Assembly (NCBI GenBank): GCA_038496445.1
Contig: JALMLS010000450.1
Location: 62,001 to 126,000 of the forward strand
Reading direction: 5' to 3'
Length of the DNA: 64,000 nt
DNA from: Trichosphaerium sp. ATCC 40318
Taxonomy: Eukaryota > Protista > Tubulinea
Within the stretch, counting starts at the first letter, position 1. Each line of letters starts with the position of its first letter. Below are positions 1 to 12,793 of the stretch, one piece after another. The position numbers were made by a program, and so were the translations under genes. The notes beneath the pieces are model-generated. The model saw only the letters and a program-made list of their open reading frames with translations. It was not told where the DNA came from and searched no databases.

Positions 1-524
1 CTATTAATCCCTTAGGGCTCTACTAGTACCCTGCCAGTGGTAGGTGTAGAATTGTAAGAGACGGTTTATTGTACGAATAAATTGATGAGTCACCGTTAAG
101 TTTTTTGGAAACTCAAACAACACTACAGGCAACCGAGCTCCAACCATGGATGACCAAATAAGAGAAATGTTAAGGACAAACCAGTGGCCTAATCTGCGTT
201 TAGACATAGGTAACGCGAGTGGTCCTACGTTGATGGTTATAGAAGGCCCTTGGAGTTTAGATGGTGCGTTAAAGGGCGTTTTATAATAACTAACAGAAAG
301 AGCTGGTAGGTTCATGCAAAGAGTTAATAGACCTTACAACTGAATCGGAAGGCTTTACTTTCAATTACACAGCGATTGTCATGAAAGATGACTACACCAT
401 CACTTTACAAGGACAAGCTGGGCTAGGTTGTGGATTTTATCATCAAGGCACTTGGGAAAGTGATAAACCTATACAAGAGCTTGAAGGATTCATTAAAGGT
501 GGATACCAAGCTACCTTGAAATAG
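1..524 (+). CDS. 3' part of an intron-containing gene, unknown product (partial)
   Basis: Spliced reading ...MDDQIREMLRTNQWPNLRLDIGNASGPTLMVIEGPWSLDG / SCKELIDLTTESEGFTFNY...GGYQATLK* with a GT..AG intron near 263-309; TAG at 522-524. Confidence 0.55.
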
Positions 525-1046
525 AAAAAAAAGTGTAAATGTCGTTTTCTCTTTTTTTGCTTGTATTCTGAAAAAAAAGTCTTGCCAATGGCACTGGTTA
601 TGCTATGTACAGTATGCTTGAATAAAGTATTGGCCCATTTTAACATTGCTATCTTGTTCATAAGGGTGATACGCTTCCAACACAATATAGAATTCAAAAT
701 GCAATTCCCTAGATAAAAAACAACTTAGACAACCACTTTGTTAAAAACGCACGTGATAATGTCAATAGCAAATGTTTGTTGAAGCTTAAGATACACCTCA
801 AATATTTTAGTATGTAACGAGGTAACAGAGCATGTTAATAGCCAACACCGAAGGCCTCTGCCAAATTGATACGAAAACTGTACGCAAAGACTAACAAAGG
901 CTATCTACTTTAGAACGCAAGCACAATATTACAAGACTACGAAACAGTCAACGATAAGAACCATCACACAATTTCTTATGTATCAAGAGCACGCATCAAC
1001 TTTTCTTAATATTTTATTGTTACAAGAGTCCTCTTGGTATCTACAA

Positions 1047-3180
1047 CTAAGTGAAGCACTGTTGTAACCTGCTTGCTAGCATTCTAAAAACGTTTGAGTA
1101 CAATAAATGTATACACAAAGAAACGAACCTCTGTTTTGAGTACTTTGCTATATGCTTGAACTGATGCCAGTTCCAATCAAAGTTCGGCTCAATAGATGTT
1201 AATATATGAGGCCAATAATGAGCAAGTCCGTATGAACCATACGTTGCTATTTGATCACAAGAAACACGATACCTTTTCACAAGAAAAAAAAAGTTAGCAT
1301 AATATTACCCAAAGAAGTCTTGTACACGGTCCTACCACCATGCCAGTGTCGTTTCTGTTAATACAATAATGGCGTGGTAGGTTACTGATATAATACGGAT
1401 GCGTACCATTGCTCTGTGTGTGATACGCCAAGTTTTATTTTAAGGCTATTCAAAAACAATCTATGAACTTCTTTACGCTGCCAGAAAGGTTGTGAGAACC
1501 TCTCTAATGACCAATGAAAGTTTTTATATATTACAGTAATTGCTTTATTGAATGATCCGTATCTGGTTGTTAGTTAGAGTACGTTAGAAGAACCAAGTGA
1601 AATAAGTGTAAAAAAAATATTAATAGTTACCTCTTTGAAATAATGTTAGCGGTGGGAGAGTCTTTGATGTCTTGAACCTTATCATACCAATCATCTAATG
1701 TCTTTATACCTCTCCTCTCAGCTATGCTGTTTAGATAATTACGTTGATTCAACTCATCATCCCAATGATGACGTGCACTACAAGCTAACATTTAGATAGT
1801 CACCAACTACAAAATATAGCAAGGTGCCTTAACTCCAAAAAACAGGACGTACGGGAATCTCCATTGCTGCCAGTTGTGTCTTGGATATAATCTACCCAAA
1901 CAATTGATCAATGAATCTTTATAGTACAGTCTAATAGTCTTAGCCTGGGTAACATTCAAAGTAGAAAAAAAATGTCAAGAAATAAATGAGATTGCTGCAC
2001 AAATTGTTTGGTTTCAGAGTTTTTTGTTAACATACGTTAATATATCGCTTGCCCCATGCTTAATTACATTTACTTTATTTACATTATACCAGTCATCCAA
2101 ATGTTTCACATTTAGAGTCTGACCAATTTCATTAAAAAGACGTCTCTGACCTTTTAATTTATGATCTTTGAAAGGCCTAAACAAATATCAGAAAGTAATA
2201 TTCTCTGGATATAATAACACGTGGAAACAATTGTTGGTCGTACATATAAGCTTTAGGTGACCAATTAAATCCAGGATACAAGCTCGATAAACACTCTTTC
2301 AAGTCATGATTGTAAATCTCGCTTCGATAAAGGTCAATTGTTTTTTCAGATTTTTTTTTTCCAAGCAACAAAAAGAACACGTACAGTATTCGTCCAGCAC
2401 CTTGTTGTCTAATATCAGCACGATCTATTGATAGCCACTGTTCTAGACTTTTAATACCTAGATTATACCCGACTTGTTCGAATTTCTGGCGTTGATTCTT
2501 TATGCTGTTCAAGTAATTGATTTGGCTCCTTTGAAAAAAATATTACTCCTTTTTTTTTTGACACGTGGTGTCACATAACAAAATTCGTCTTTCACGTGAC
2601 AGCAACAAAATCAAGTCAACATGCGTACCTAAATGATTTTGATTCCCAGTCAAAATTTGGGTAAACTGAGGCAAGACAAGAGCTCAGGAAGCCATCGTAC
2701 TTTGACCTGTTATAAAAAAATCGGTTAAAAGAAACGAAAAGCTGAATACCGCTTTGAGTGCGTTATAAACGAAAATAATGTATACCTAAGCAATCCACCA
2801 GCACCTAGATGCTGTGCATCCGTTTTAACAACGTTTTGCCATTCTCCAAGATGTTTGACCTCAAGTTCTTTCGCAATAGCCTCAATACACTTACGTTGAT
2901 TGCGAACACTCTATACCAGGCGTCAGAGCTATTTACATAACTAATTTAGCTAATTTCGTACCCAAATCTCGTGGTGTACTTCTCTACGCGTATATTTACA
3001 TCGTAGCGATAAGCTCTGGCGCATAATGTTACTAACACAAAATAATCGCTATACAACACTTTCAAGTCAGGGTAACTATCATCTCGGCGTAGTGTTTGGT
3101 ACTGTAATCAACGGACCATTTTGACAAAGTGACGCTGGCAATAAGTCAGTGAACAGATGTGGCCGGACTCCTTGAGTCAT
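1047..3180 (-). CDS. Uncharacterised multi-exon protein with repeated W-rich units (NQR.F...IG..L.IK.LEDWY...YP...W)
   Basis: At least four degenerate repeats across exons (e.g. NQRQKFEQVGYNLGIKSLEQWL..LYPGFNW; WDDELNQRNYLNSIAERRGIKTLDDWY); candidate ATG at 3180. Confidence 0.65.
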
Positions 3181-3457
3181 TAGATTGCAAAAAAATCCTT
3201 CAATTTGGCATTTTGTTTGCTGTACCTGTGTAACGTTATTCGTAACCCTATTTAAGAATAAACAGTGTAAAAAAACTTGTTAGAAATAGATCAATTGTAT
3301 ACTTTTTGTGACATGTGGTCACGGAGGAAAAAACAAACTCTTTGTGTTCGAATTCATTTTATTGTTCAACACATAACCCACGAACCTTACCACGTAATCA
3401 AGCTACCCAATATTGATAGTATTAACCAAGCTCAGGAAGTAAGTGTAGCTCACTGAG

Positions 3458-4091
3458 TTAATACTCTTCATCACAACAATACAAGCATATATATCCTCTG
3501 ATTTCTCTGAAATATCTGAAGTGCGTCTCTTTGCACTCATCGTTGCAAAAAAAGTGGTGAAAGCATTGAGTACACTTTGTAACACATGATTTACAACATT
3601 CCTTACCACACCCAAAACACTCCTTAACGTGATTACCATGTGAGTCACAAAAAAACGCATCACAAACTTGGCAATGTGTTTCAGTGCAAATACTGCATAA
3701 AATGAAATCACACATTTTGCACTTGTAGTTAGGAACACAGCTGGTACAACGAGTGTTTCTACAACCACGACAAGAACCAGGATGCTTATATAATGTAGCA
3801 CAGTCTGAGCAAGTTTGCAGTTTTTGTCTGCCTTGTGCGTTCCTAAGAAGAAAATCGTTTGCTTGTTTTTTTTGCTCTTTGTAAAACATTTGCATTTCTA
3901 ATTGTTGTCTTTGTGCTAGCGCTCGTTGTTGTTGTTTATGAGCTGCTTGTATGTTTGAAAGTTCTCTTTTACACTTAGCATTCATCTCATTAGCTGTGGT
4001 AGGTATTGTAGGGTCTATGAACGGACTTCGCTTTGTTTAAGCAATTAGAGCAATTCTCAACATAAACGACACATACGTATTCATTTGACAT
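3458..4091 (-). CDS. Coiled-coil plus Cys/His-rich (CxxC, B-box-like) zinc-binding protein
   Basis: Short exon MSNEY then a GTATGT..AG intron joins in frame to ORF 3458-3985; more than 10 CxxC/CxxH pairs. Confidence 0.7.
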
Positions 4092-4586
4092 TCTAGATAA
4101 TGAGTTGAGCGAGTTGCGCGGGTAAATAAGATATGAACAGGCAGAATAAGCCACTTCAATTCAAGTTTTTTGGCGCGTTTTTTTTTCATAGAATTAGAGA
4201 CAGATGCATAAAAAAAGAGGCACCGCTGAGCCTTATTTTGACACGACCACCAAAAATATCGTAGAACATCAGCCCATGAAAATAGCAAAAAATGTAATAG
4301 AAACAAAAGCACCACGAAATAAACACATGTTGTTAGAAGGTGAAAAGTAATCAACAACAAAACAAAACCCAAAACCACCAGACGTCTGCAAAACGTGTTA
4401 CTTGCTTACTTACACCAAAACGCTACGGGTTTTTTTTATTTTCCATAAAACTCCCACCATCCATACCGTGATCACCAAAAACCAACACAAAGTGCGAGTA
4501 GTACAAAAGAAAGAAAGCCGTTGATTGGGCTTTTTTTTGTTTTATTGAGAAGTTTTTTTTTTGAAACAAATTTTTTATTATTTTTC

Positions 4587-6880
4587 TTACTTGAAATCGT
4601 ACTTGTCGTACGCATCACTATCGAGGTAATTTGCAGAAAGCATTTTACCAGAGAACCACCTATTATATCACATAAGAAACTACAAGTACATAAAGCCTTT
4701 AAAAAGACCTCAACAAGAAAAAAACAAGCACAAAAAAAAAACTAAAATAAGCTTGAAGCTTTTATATCTTCTCACGCACCTTCCGTTTAGCTGGTTCACT
4801 GCAACCACAGCAGCCTCTTCTACTGCAAATTTTATATATACAAATCCCTTACTGTATTTGTCAACGAAACAATGTACGATAGGTCCGTAATTAGAGCACT
4901 CTTCCTCAACGTCTTCTTTAATATCCTTATCAAAATTTGGATCATCTTCTAGCTCAGGATCAAACATATTCGTAACTACAATACAACGTGTAGGGTTACT
5001 AGACGTAGGAACAAGGGGTTTGGCAGCTTCTAAAGAGAAAAAAAATAAGCTAACGATCCAACACAACGAAAACAAAATCAACGAAAAAAAACAGTCAAAA
5101 CGTACCTCCACCGCTTGCAAGTTTCTGCATGAGAGCCTGTCGTGTAACGCCAGACTCCCCACCCAAGTTATCGTCATCGATATCACCAATAACCGTGCCT
5201 GAGTTCTCATTCACGAGGTTTACCTTTAGAGCGCGTCCAGCAAGTTCTAGACCATTCACCTCAGCCAAAGCTCTTTTTGCTGAGTTGGGGTTTCGAAATT
5301 GAACGTAAGCGTGTCCTTTTGGTACACCACTATCGTCACGAGGCATATTGACAATCTCAATTTCTCCAAAGTGGCAAAAGATATGCTGTACATCTTCTTC
5401 CTTAAGATCCCTGTGAAGGTTACCAACAAAGACACGAGAAGGACCAGCAGTGGTCGTACTAAAAAAAAGACATTAGAGATAAGAAAAAAAACAAAGCAAA
5501 AAAAAAAGTTCGTTTGCTACAAACAACTCGTCACGTGATTGTAAAATAGAAAAAATTACAATAAATAATTGTAGAAAGCTAGTGTCGAAAGAAAGGAAAA
5601 AACAGTGACATGTGCACGTACTTTGAAGAAGCTCTGTTCTTCTCTGCTTGAGAAGCTTGTACCATAACAGTCTTACCCAAAAATTGAGTACCAGAGAGTC
5701 CTAAGGCTTTTTTTACAGAGTCACGATCCTTAAATTCAATATATCCGAAGCTTTGCACAAAAAAAGGTTAGTCCTTAATTCTCTAATGGGATATTAGGTT
5801 CGAAAAAAAAAAAGAGTTTTTGGGCCAGTGTGTTGTGTTATTTGGTTTTTTTTCTTGGAGTTTTTTGTTTTTGTTTTGTTATTTCTTATTTTTTTCGGCC
5901 GTGGATGTTACCTCTGAGCCACAAGTTTCGGTAATTCATTAGCGTTGGATGATCATCTAGTGAAACAAAACTTATATACTGAACGTAAAATTTTTTTTGA
6001 AGCGAACAGTCGCCTTCAAAGAAACTGGCAAAAAAAACAAAAAAAAATAACACTTCAAAAAAACAATTCCTTGATTCTCCGTTTTGAAAACAATAAATCA
6101 AACAGAATAGGCTCTAATTGTAATATATAGTATACTTACCCCTTAGATTTGCCAGTATTACGATCCTTGATAAGCTTCACATCGCGTACACCACCAGCTT
6201 TTTCAAAAAATTCTTTAACGTCTCTATCTCTCGCTTTAAGCGGTAGGTTATATGAGAATACTGTACGGGAATCGCGCTCGCCTTCTCCAATTTTCTCTGC
6301 AAAAAAGCGGTTAGACTTTTTTTTTTGAACACTTCTTCTGTGCTTACCTGTGTCTTTCTTCTCGCCTCTTGATGAACGATCACGGCCTTTATCGCGTTCA
6401 CGGCGGTCATCTCGTCGACGTCTGCGCCTGTCACCTTTGGACCTAGAACGAGATCGGCGTCTTCTTCTGTGCCTATCGCGTGAGCGTGATCTCTTTGAAC
6501 GAGAGCGTGAACGGCGCCTGCGTCGTCGTTTGTCTCTGGAGCGCGATCTTGACCGCGAACGCCGGCGTCGCTTTCTATCGCGATCCGTAGACCTTGAACG
6601 AGAGCTAAACATGAATTTAGTTTACAGATCTAAGCAAAGCGCGTTTTTTAGGTAAAAAAGAGTTGTTAAAGAGGTATTGGGTATAATATAGTAGATTTGG
6701 AGTTTATTGAGGCTATTTGAGTTTTTTCGGTAAAATGAATAAAAATACGTACTCTCTACGCGATCTCTTGCTATCTTTGCTCTCCTTTTTATCTACATCC
6801 ATTGGTTCTGGTTTAGGTTCAGCTTCTGCTTTACGCAGCCCAGCGTCAAGCAACTCATCTACGAGCTGTTCGTCTGTCAT
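4587..6880 (-). CDS. RBM39: RBM39/CAPER-family splicing factor (RS domain, RRM1, RRM2, UHM)
   Basis: RS domain; ERDSRTVFSYNL; SKGFGYIEF; KGHAYVQF; RQALMQKLA; TRCIVVTNMFDP..DIKEDVEEECSNYG..NGRWFSGKML. Confidence 0.93.
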
Positions 6881-7065
6881 TGCAAGTTGGAATGGGAAAG
6901 GATAAATCAATGCGGAATTTTTTAAGCAGCGCAGCTTAAACAGAGAAATCTCTTTTGTTTTGCTGTGAAAACGCGTTGCTACTTAGTACATGAGACGTTG
7001 AGAGGTCTGCTACTGGATAGTGTAAAAAAGGCGACTACAGTTTAACAGCAACTTGTGCGACGGTT

Positions 7066-9315
7066 ATGAAGGTCGCTGTGGTACTTTTGACGTACCTCTG
7101 TATGGTATATTGTGATACGGGGCTGCAAGTACATGGTCTTAATGATTGGAAAGTAGAGCACTTTGTATCAAAGGATAGCATGGAGTTTGGGCGTTCAATG
7201 GTTATTGTACGTGTCATCAAAGATTGTGAACAGTGTTTACATTTCAGTTCCCTTAAATTGCGCTCATTGTAAGCTGTTAGAACCGTGAAACTGGTACTGT
7301 GTATGTTGGCAGTTTTGACTTTCAGGGGTTGTCCCATGCGTCGGGAAATCGTGTGGTATACGCTATCATAGGTGCGATACGTGTATTATCACTGTGACTA
7401 AATTGAGCACTAGACGAGAATAAAGACGCCGTAATAGACAGAGTAATACCCGTTACGCCTACTCTTAGCGTTCCCAATGGTACGCGTAATGAATACCTAA
7501 CCTAGAACGAAACGCCATTTCCCTTACACCACGAGATCATTTTGACACTTTGCAAGGCGTGGCATACTTTAACGGCACACTATACGTTGCTCAAATAGAT
7601 AAAATACTTCGTTATGATGGCATAGACGACTGGGTTGCTCAACCTGCACCGCACAGTTTCTTAACGTACTCACTAAACTCGAAATAGCCGCCCAGGGCTA
7701 AATGTACTGACTTACGCAATAGCCTACTGTTGTACTTAACAATACGTTTATGCCGAGCCTTCAGCAGTACGTATGCAACGTCACTGTAACCTACTTTATC
7801 CAATCAACGTACTCACAAACGTATACTGTAGTCACGGATGGCGTTATATAAGAATAAGTCCGCCTCCTGAAAATAGGCTTTATCTTGCCATTGGCGCAAC
7901 ATGTAGTACGTTAGAGTATTGCTAAAGGTAGTGTATTAATGTCAACGCTATAGATGTTCCTGGTTCAGTTGACCCAGATGATACATGTATTGATTCACCC
8001 AAAGCTCGTATGTGGAGCTTTGACCTAAATGATTTTGGATCTGTATGAGTTTGCTTAGCATCTTTTTTTTTTTTGTTCTTTTTTTTGAGGTCTTACTGTT
8101 TGTTCTTAGCGCAAAGAAGTTGCTCGTGGGATTAGAAATAGTGTAGGGTTCGATTGGCACCCAGAAACAAAGGTACAGCCTATAGAATCAGAGTTGAAGT
8201 ACTGTATTTGCTGACAACAATTTGATAAAAAGCAACTGTATTTTACTGACAACGGACGCGATTATTGGAGATCTAATCCATCTGGAGACTACGTAACTAG
8301 CCCTATTTAATACACTCATTATGTTGTATTAATATTGTTATCCTATGATAGAATACTAGACCTCCTGATGAACTAAATCGAGGTACAACATTTCTTCTTC
8401 AAAAAAAATTTGAAACACCAACTTAATTTTTTTTGTCTTTAGTTCCACTTGATTCGTCAACGACACCATATGATTTTGGATTTCCAAAGTGTTATGGAAA
8501 GGGAATGCCTGATTTGTCATTTAATCCTTCAGGACAATGTGATTTCGCTCAAGATGCAGTACAAGGTACTGTAAAGCATACTCTACGTCCTTTTTACTGA
8601 CTAGCAAAAATAGAGCTTGAACCGCATGTAGCAGCACTTGGCATGAGATTTTACACTGGAGATATGTTCCCAGAGCTAAAGGGAGATATCTTAATAGCAG
8701 AACATGGTTCTTGGAACAGGTAGCATTCGTAATAAACCTCACCTGCAGAAACTAATTTTTTTCTTCAGAAATCCACCTGGTGGTTATCGTGTAACACGTG
8801 TGCGCACCTTTGCAAACGGTTCAACAACCTACGAACCATTTGTAACTGGTTGGTTGAACCTTTCAGTATCTATAAGAGCTTGGGGTAGACCTGCAGATGT
8901 AGAGATATACCATGATGGATCTATACTTGTCAGCGATGAATGGAATGGTATTTATCGTATATACAGAGACAAGCAGGCAACACCAACCCAAGAACCTACA
9001 GGCACTCCAACTCAAGAACCTACAGATGCTCCTACTGAAGAGCCTACAGACACTCCGACACAAGTACCTACAGAAGCACCTACGCAACAGTTTACAACTG
9101 ACCCTCCGCTGACACCAACGGAGGAAACTTCCAAGCCTACGACCAGTACACCGACGATGGAACCTTCGGTTCAACCAACAACTAGTAGTGATGATATAGG
9201 TGATACTACTAGTGTAGGACAAGAAGATACTACTCCTATTTTAGTTGTTGGTATACTGTCATTGGGGCTTACTTTGTTTGTGCTCCTTGCTATACCTGTT
9301 ATACGTTCACTGTGA
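7066..9315 (+). CDS. Secreted/anchored glucose-sorbosone (PQQ-type) dehydrogenase-family beta-propeller with Pro/Thr stalk and C-terminal hydrophobic anchor
   Basis: Signal peptide; spliced motifs PNGVAYFNGTLYVA, HGWRYI, GIRNSVGFDWHP, LYFTDNGRD, PPDELN, PHVAALGMRFYTG, AEHGSWNR, GRPADV; PTQEPT repeats; hydrophobic C-terminus. Confidence 0.88.
8980..9090 (+). repeat. Coding tandem repeat (about 24 bp, PTQEPTxT) forming a mucin-like stalk
   Basis: TPTQEPTG TPTQEPTD APTEEPTD TPTQVPTE APTQ in ORF 8704-9315. Confidence 0.8.
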
Positions 9316-9532
9316 ATAAACCTATGGCTTGAGTACTCAAGTTAACTTACTACCAACATAACGCCTTCTGTAGCACGTGTCACTTGAGCGAACGTTGTGG
9401 TTTAACGAAGGTGTATGCAAGCACATTACCTGCTATACAGTGTAATCAATCATCTTAAAAAAGAAATTCATGCACGTGCTTGTGACTAATCTGGAAAGGT
9501 AAGCTTAACCAAAAAATCAAACTGCCAACAAA

Positions 9533-12186
9533 ATGATCACAGTTGCTGCAAACAAGCAAGAATTAGGATTAGAGGCCGCCAAGTATGTTGCGAATAGAAT
9601 CAGGGCGATTATAAGAGATAAAGGTTAAAAACAAGTATGGATGTCGATAATAAACCTTCTTTCAGGTTCGGCACGCATTATAGTGGCTACGGGAGCGTCA
9701 CAGTTCGAGTTTTTGGACGAATTAGTCAAATTAGACGTCCCTTGGGATAAAGGTTCGTGTTTTCGTCTAGAACATTACTTATAACGTTCAGTCGATGCTT
9801 TTCATCTAGATGAGTACATTGGGATGTCAGATAGTCACAAAGGCACGTTTATTTCCTAAATGACATTCTACTGTATTCAAAAATTAACGACGAGATAGCA
9901 AGTTTTGTAAAATATCTAAAAGAACGCTTATTCTCAAAAGTTAAAGTTCAGTTCAAGTCAGGTTTGTTTATGTACCTTTTTTCCTTTTCTTATATTTTTC
10001 CTGTTTATTGTACCATAAGTAACATTTGTATGTACCTGTTTGATGCAAGTGAAAGTTTTTTCTAGCACGTGCATTGGTTTATAGGCCTAAAAATGCTTTT
10101 TTTGAAGACAAAATCGATTACAACTTATGAGGTCTTTTTGTAGTGAATTACTTGAATGGTATGGCATCTGATCCTGAAAAAGAAACAGTGAGGTACTCAA
10201 AGTTACTTGCTGTTGCTCCTATAGATATTGCATGTATCGGTATTGGCGAGAATGGGCATATTGCTTTCAATGTAAATACCTATTGATTTTTCTTTTTTTT
10301 TGCTCACATCTTTCTCTTTCTTACCTGTGTAGGATCCAGGTATAGCTGACTTTGAAGATAAAAAATTAGTAAATGTAATGAAACTCGATGAAGCTTGTAG
10401 GAAACAACAAGTGGGTACAAATAATCGATAAAAAAAACCTACCTTAAACACTTTCTTCGTCTTTTTAACTTTTTTTCGTTGTAGGCGAAGGATGGTTTCC
10501 TGATCTTGCCTCAGTACCTACACACGCCTTTTCACTCAGCGTACATGCTATAATGAGCGCAAAAGAAATAAGTTGCGTTGTGCCTGATGCCAGAAAAGCG
10601 ACAGCAGTACGAGACGCATTGCTTGGACCGATTTCGAATCTTTGCCCAGCTTCAATATTGAGAAGTCATAACAACTGTCATATTCGATTAGACAAAAACT
10701 CTGCCAAGCTATACAATCAAGGTATAGTTGACAAATCGTCTTGATATTAAAATAAGCCTTACCAATACTACAGCATTAAATAAACAAGTATTAATACCTC
10801 CTGGATTTGTTGACTTGCAAATAAATGGATTTCTTGGTGTTGACTTCTCAAGTCCTACTTTGACACGTGATGATATCATAAAAGCTTGTAAAGGAATTGT
10901 AGATTCAGGTACAAGAACAATTTAACCACACAAAATATCCCAAAGCCTGGTCAGTACTTCTTTTATTTAATTTTTTTTTTTCAGGCACAATCGCTTTTTT
11001 ACCTACCATGATAACTTGCAGCGCTGAAACTTATCGTCGCAACTTGCCTCTATTACAAGAAGTAGCGAGGTATTTACTCCTTTCTTCCTTCAAAAACTAG
11101 CGTTATTCCGTAACACGTGCTAACAGTGTTAGCACTACTGAATGTGGAAAACATATCCTGGGAATTCATTGTGAAGGACCTTTTATATCACCCCTACAAG
11201 GGGCTGTTGGTTGTCATGACCCTAAGTTAACACGCATTGCAGATATTGAGCTTCTAAAAAATATGATTAAATGGTCTAAAGGCTTCATCAAAGGTATTCT
11301 TTTTACGAAAAAACTTCCTCACAAAATAATATACTGCGTAGTTCTTACTGTAGCGGCTGATATCAATGGTGTTGATGAGATCATAAGTCACGCTACAAAC
11401 GAGGGTATTGCTGTAGCATTAGGGCACCATTTAGCTAATTATGACCAGCTAAATAATGCTGTAAAAGCAGGTTAGCCGAAGGGAGTAAAGGAATTAAATT
11501 GTCGCAACTTTTTTTTAGGTGCTAAGTTTATAACACATCTCGGTAATGGTATGCCTGTTCAATACCATAGGCACTACAATCCATTACTTGTTGCTATGGG
11601 TACAGATAATATTTCAGCATCAATAATTGCTGATGGTCATCATTTACCTAAACACGTGATAAAAGCTATACTAAAAAGTATGTGGAATCTTTTTTGTTGA
11701 GCGTTTATTTGATATATAACTCCTTTAGGCATTGATAAACCTTTTCTTGTGAGCGACACAACATCATTAGCAGGTATGTTAATAACTTGGTTTATTTTTT
11801 TGTAGTTTCAAGCCACCACGAAGCTTTGCTTAACATACAAAAAAATAGGTCTGCAACCTGGAGATTATGATCTTTTTGGAACACCTGTGACTCTAACAGG
11901 AGATGGTGCAGTAAGGATGAGAGGAAAAGACACATTTGCAGGTATACTTTGTTGATTTACAATTGAGATTTGTGGGCTTACTTTGAGTACTCTAGGATCA
12001 GCATCAACGCTATTGTCTTGTGCGAATCACATGTTAACTGGTTGTAATGCTTCCTTGGAGGTTGTTATTGATATGGCATTTTACAGACCTTGCGAAATGA
12101 TAAATGTTGATTTTAATACAGTATTGGGTCTCAAAACTGAAACGCCTTTAGCTTGGAGTGAAGACAAAGGCTTTCACCAACAATAA
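9533..12186 (+). CDS. nagB-nagA: Bifunctional glucosamine-6-phosphate deaminase / N-acetylglucosamine-6-phosphate deacetylase (NagB-NagA fusion)
   Basis: NagB: [49 protein letters not shown]. Intron 10722-10773 joins it in frame to NagA: [50 protein letters not shown]. Confidence 0.9.
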
Positions 12187-12391
12187 AATTATCAAGAATA
12201 TATGTCCTACTGGGTGTTATTCTTAATTCCTTTCTTACTTATTTGGCGTGAACTATCTACTATTATGAAGTAATGTATAAAGAGGATGGTTTAACGCAGG
12301 TTTTGTTCATTCTAAAAACACGTGCTAGAAACAGCCTATGACATAATTTATTCAAAGCGACTCGCTAGGATTTTGTTCGACTTTCGTAACT

Positions 12392-12793
12392 TCATGGATT
12401 GAAATTCCTCACGATTGCGCCATGTTCCATGGTATAATGCAACAGCAGGTCACCGCTAATTTTGCACCACTCCTTGTACTCTCCATGATAGTTACCATTT
12501 AAACAGTGATATTGCAAATACATAATGTCATTATAGAGAAGACGCTTTTGCTTTCTTGAAAGTTGACCATGGGTGAAGAAACACTCTATTTCTGTCGCAC
12601 CATCACAATTCCTATCTATAAATACAGTATCCCATCTAATCCACATACCATGCTTTCTAAACTTAGAATCAAACCTTGACGTCGTCGCTGCACGTTTTGA
12701 TAGGAGAGGCCACTTTTTGTATAATTTTTTGTCAAAATCTAAAATATATCTGTGTAGCTCTACGGGGAGGTGTAACAAACCGGATTCCTTCAT
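12392..12793 (-). CDS. Intronless F-box-like protein with short MORN-variant region
   Basis: LLHLPVELHRYIL; LSKRAA..FD...KHGMWIRW shared with 43637-44665; NGNYHGEYKEW. Confidence 0.7.
   Translation of the reverse strand: MKESGLLHLPVELHRYILDFDKKLYKKWPLLSKRAATTSRFDSKFRKHGMWIRWDTVFIDRNCDGATEIECFFTHGQLSRKQKRLLYNDIMYLQYHCLNGNYHGEYKEWCKISGDLLLHYTMEHGAIVRNFNP

Noticed and set aside
5900-5965. C/D-box snoRNA in the RBM39 intron
   Set aside because: No clean RTGATGA and CTGA boxes on the sense strand; splice signals fit a cassette exon better
6350-6655. Plus-strand Arg/Ser-rich ORF
   Set aside because: Antisense shadow of the RBM39 RS domain
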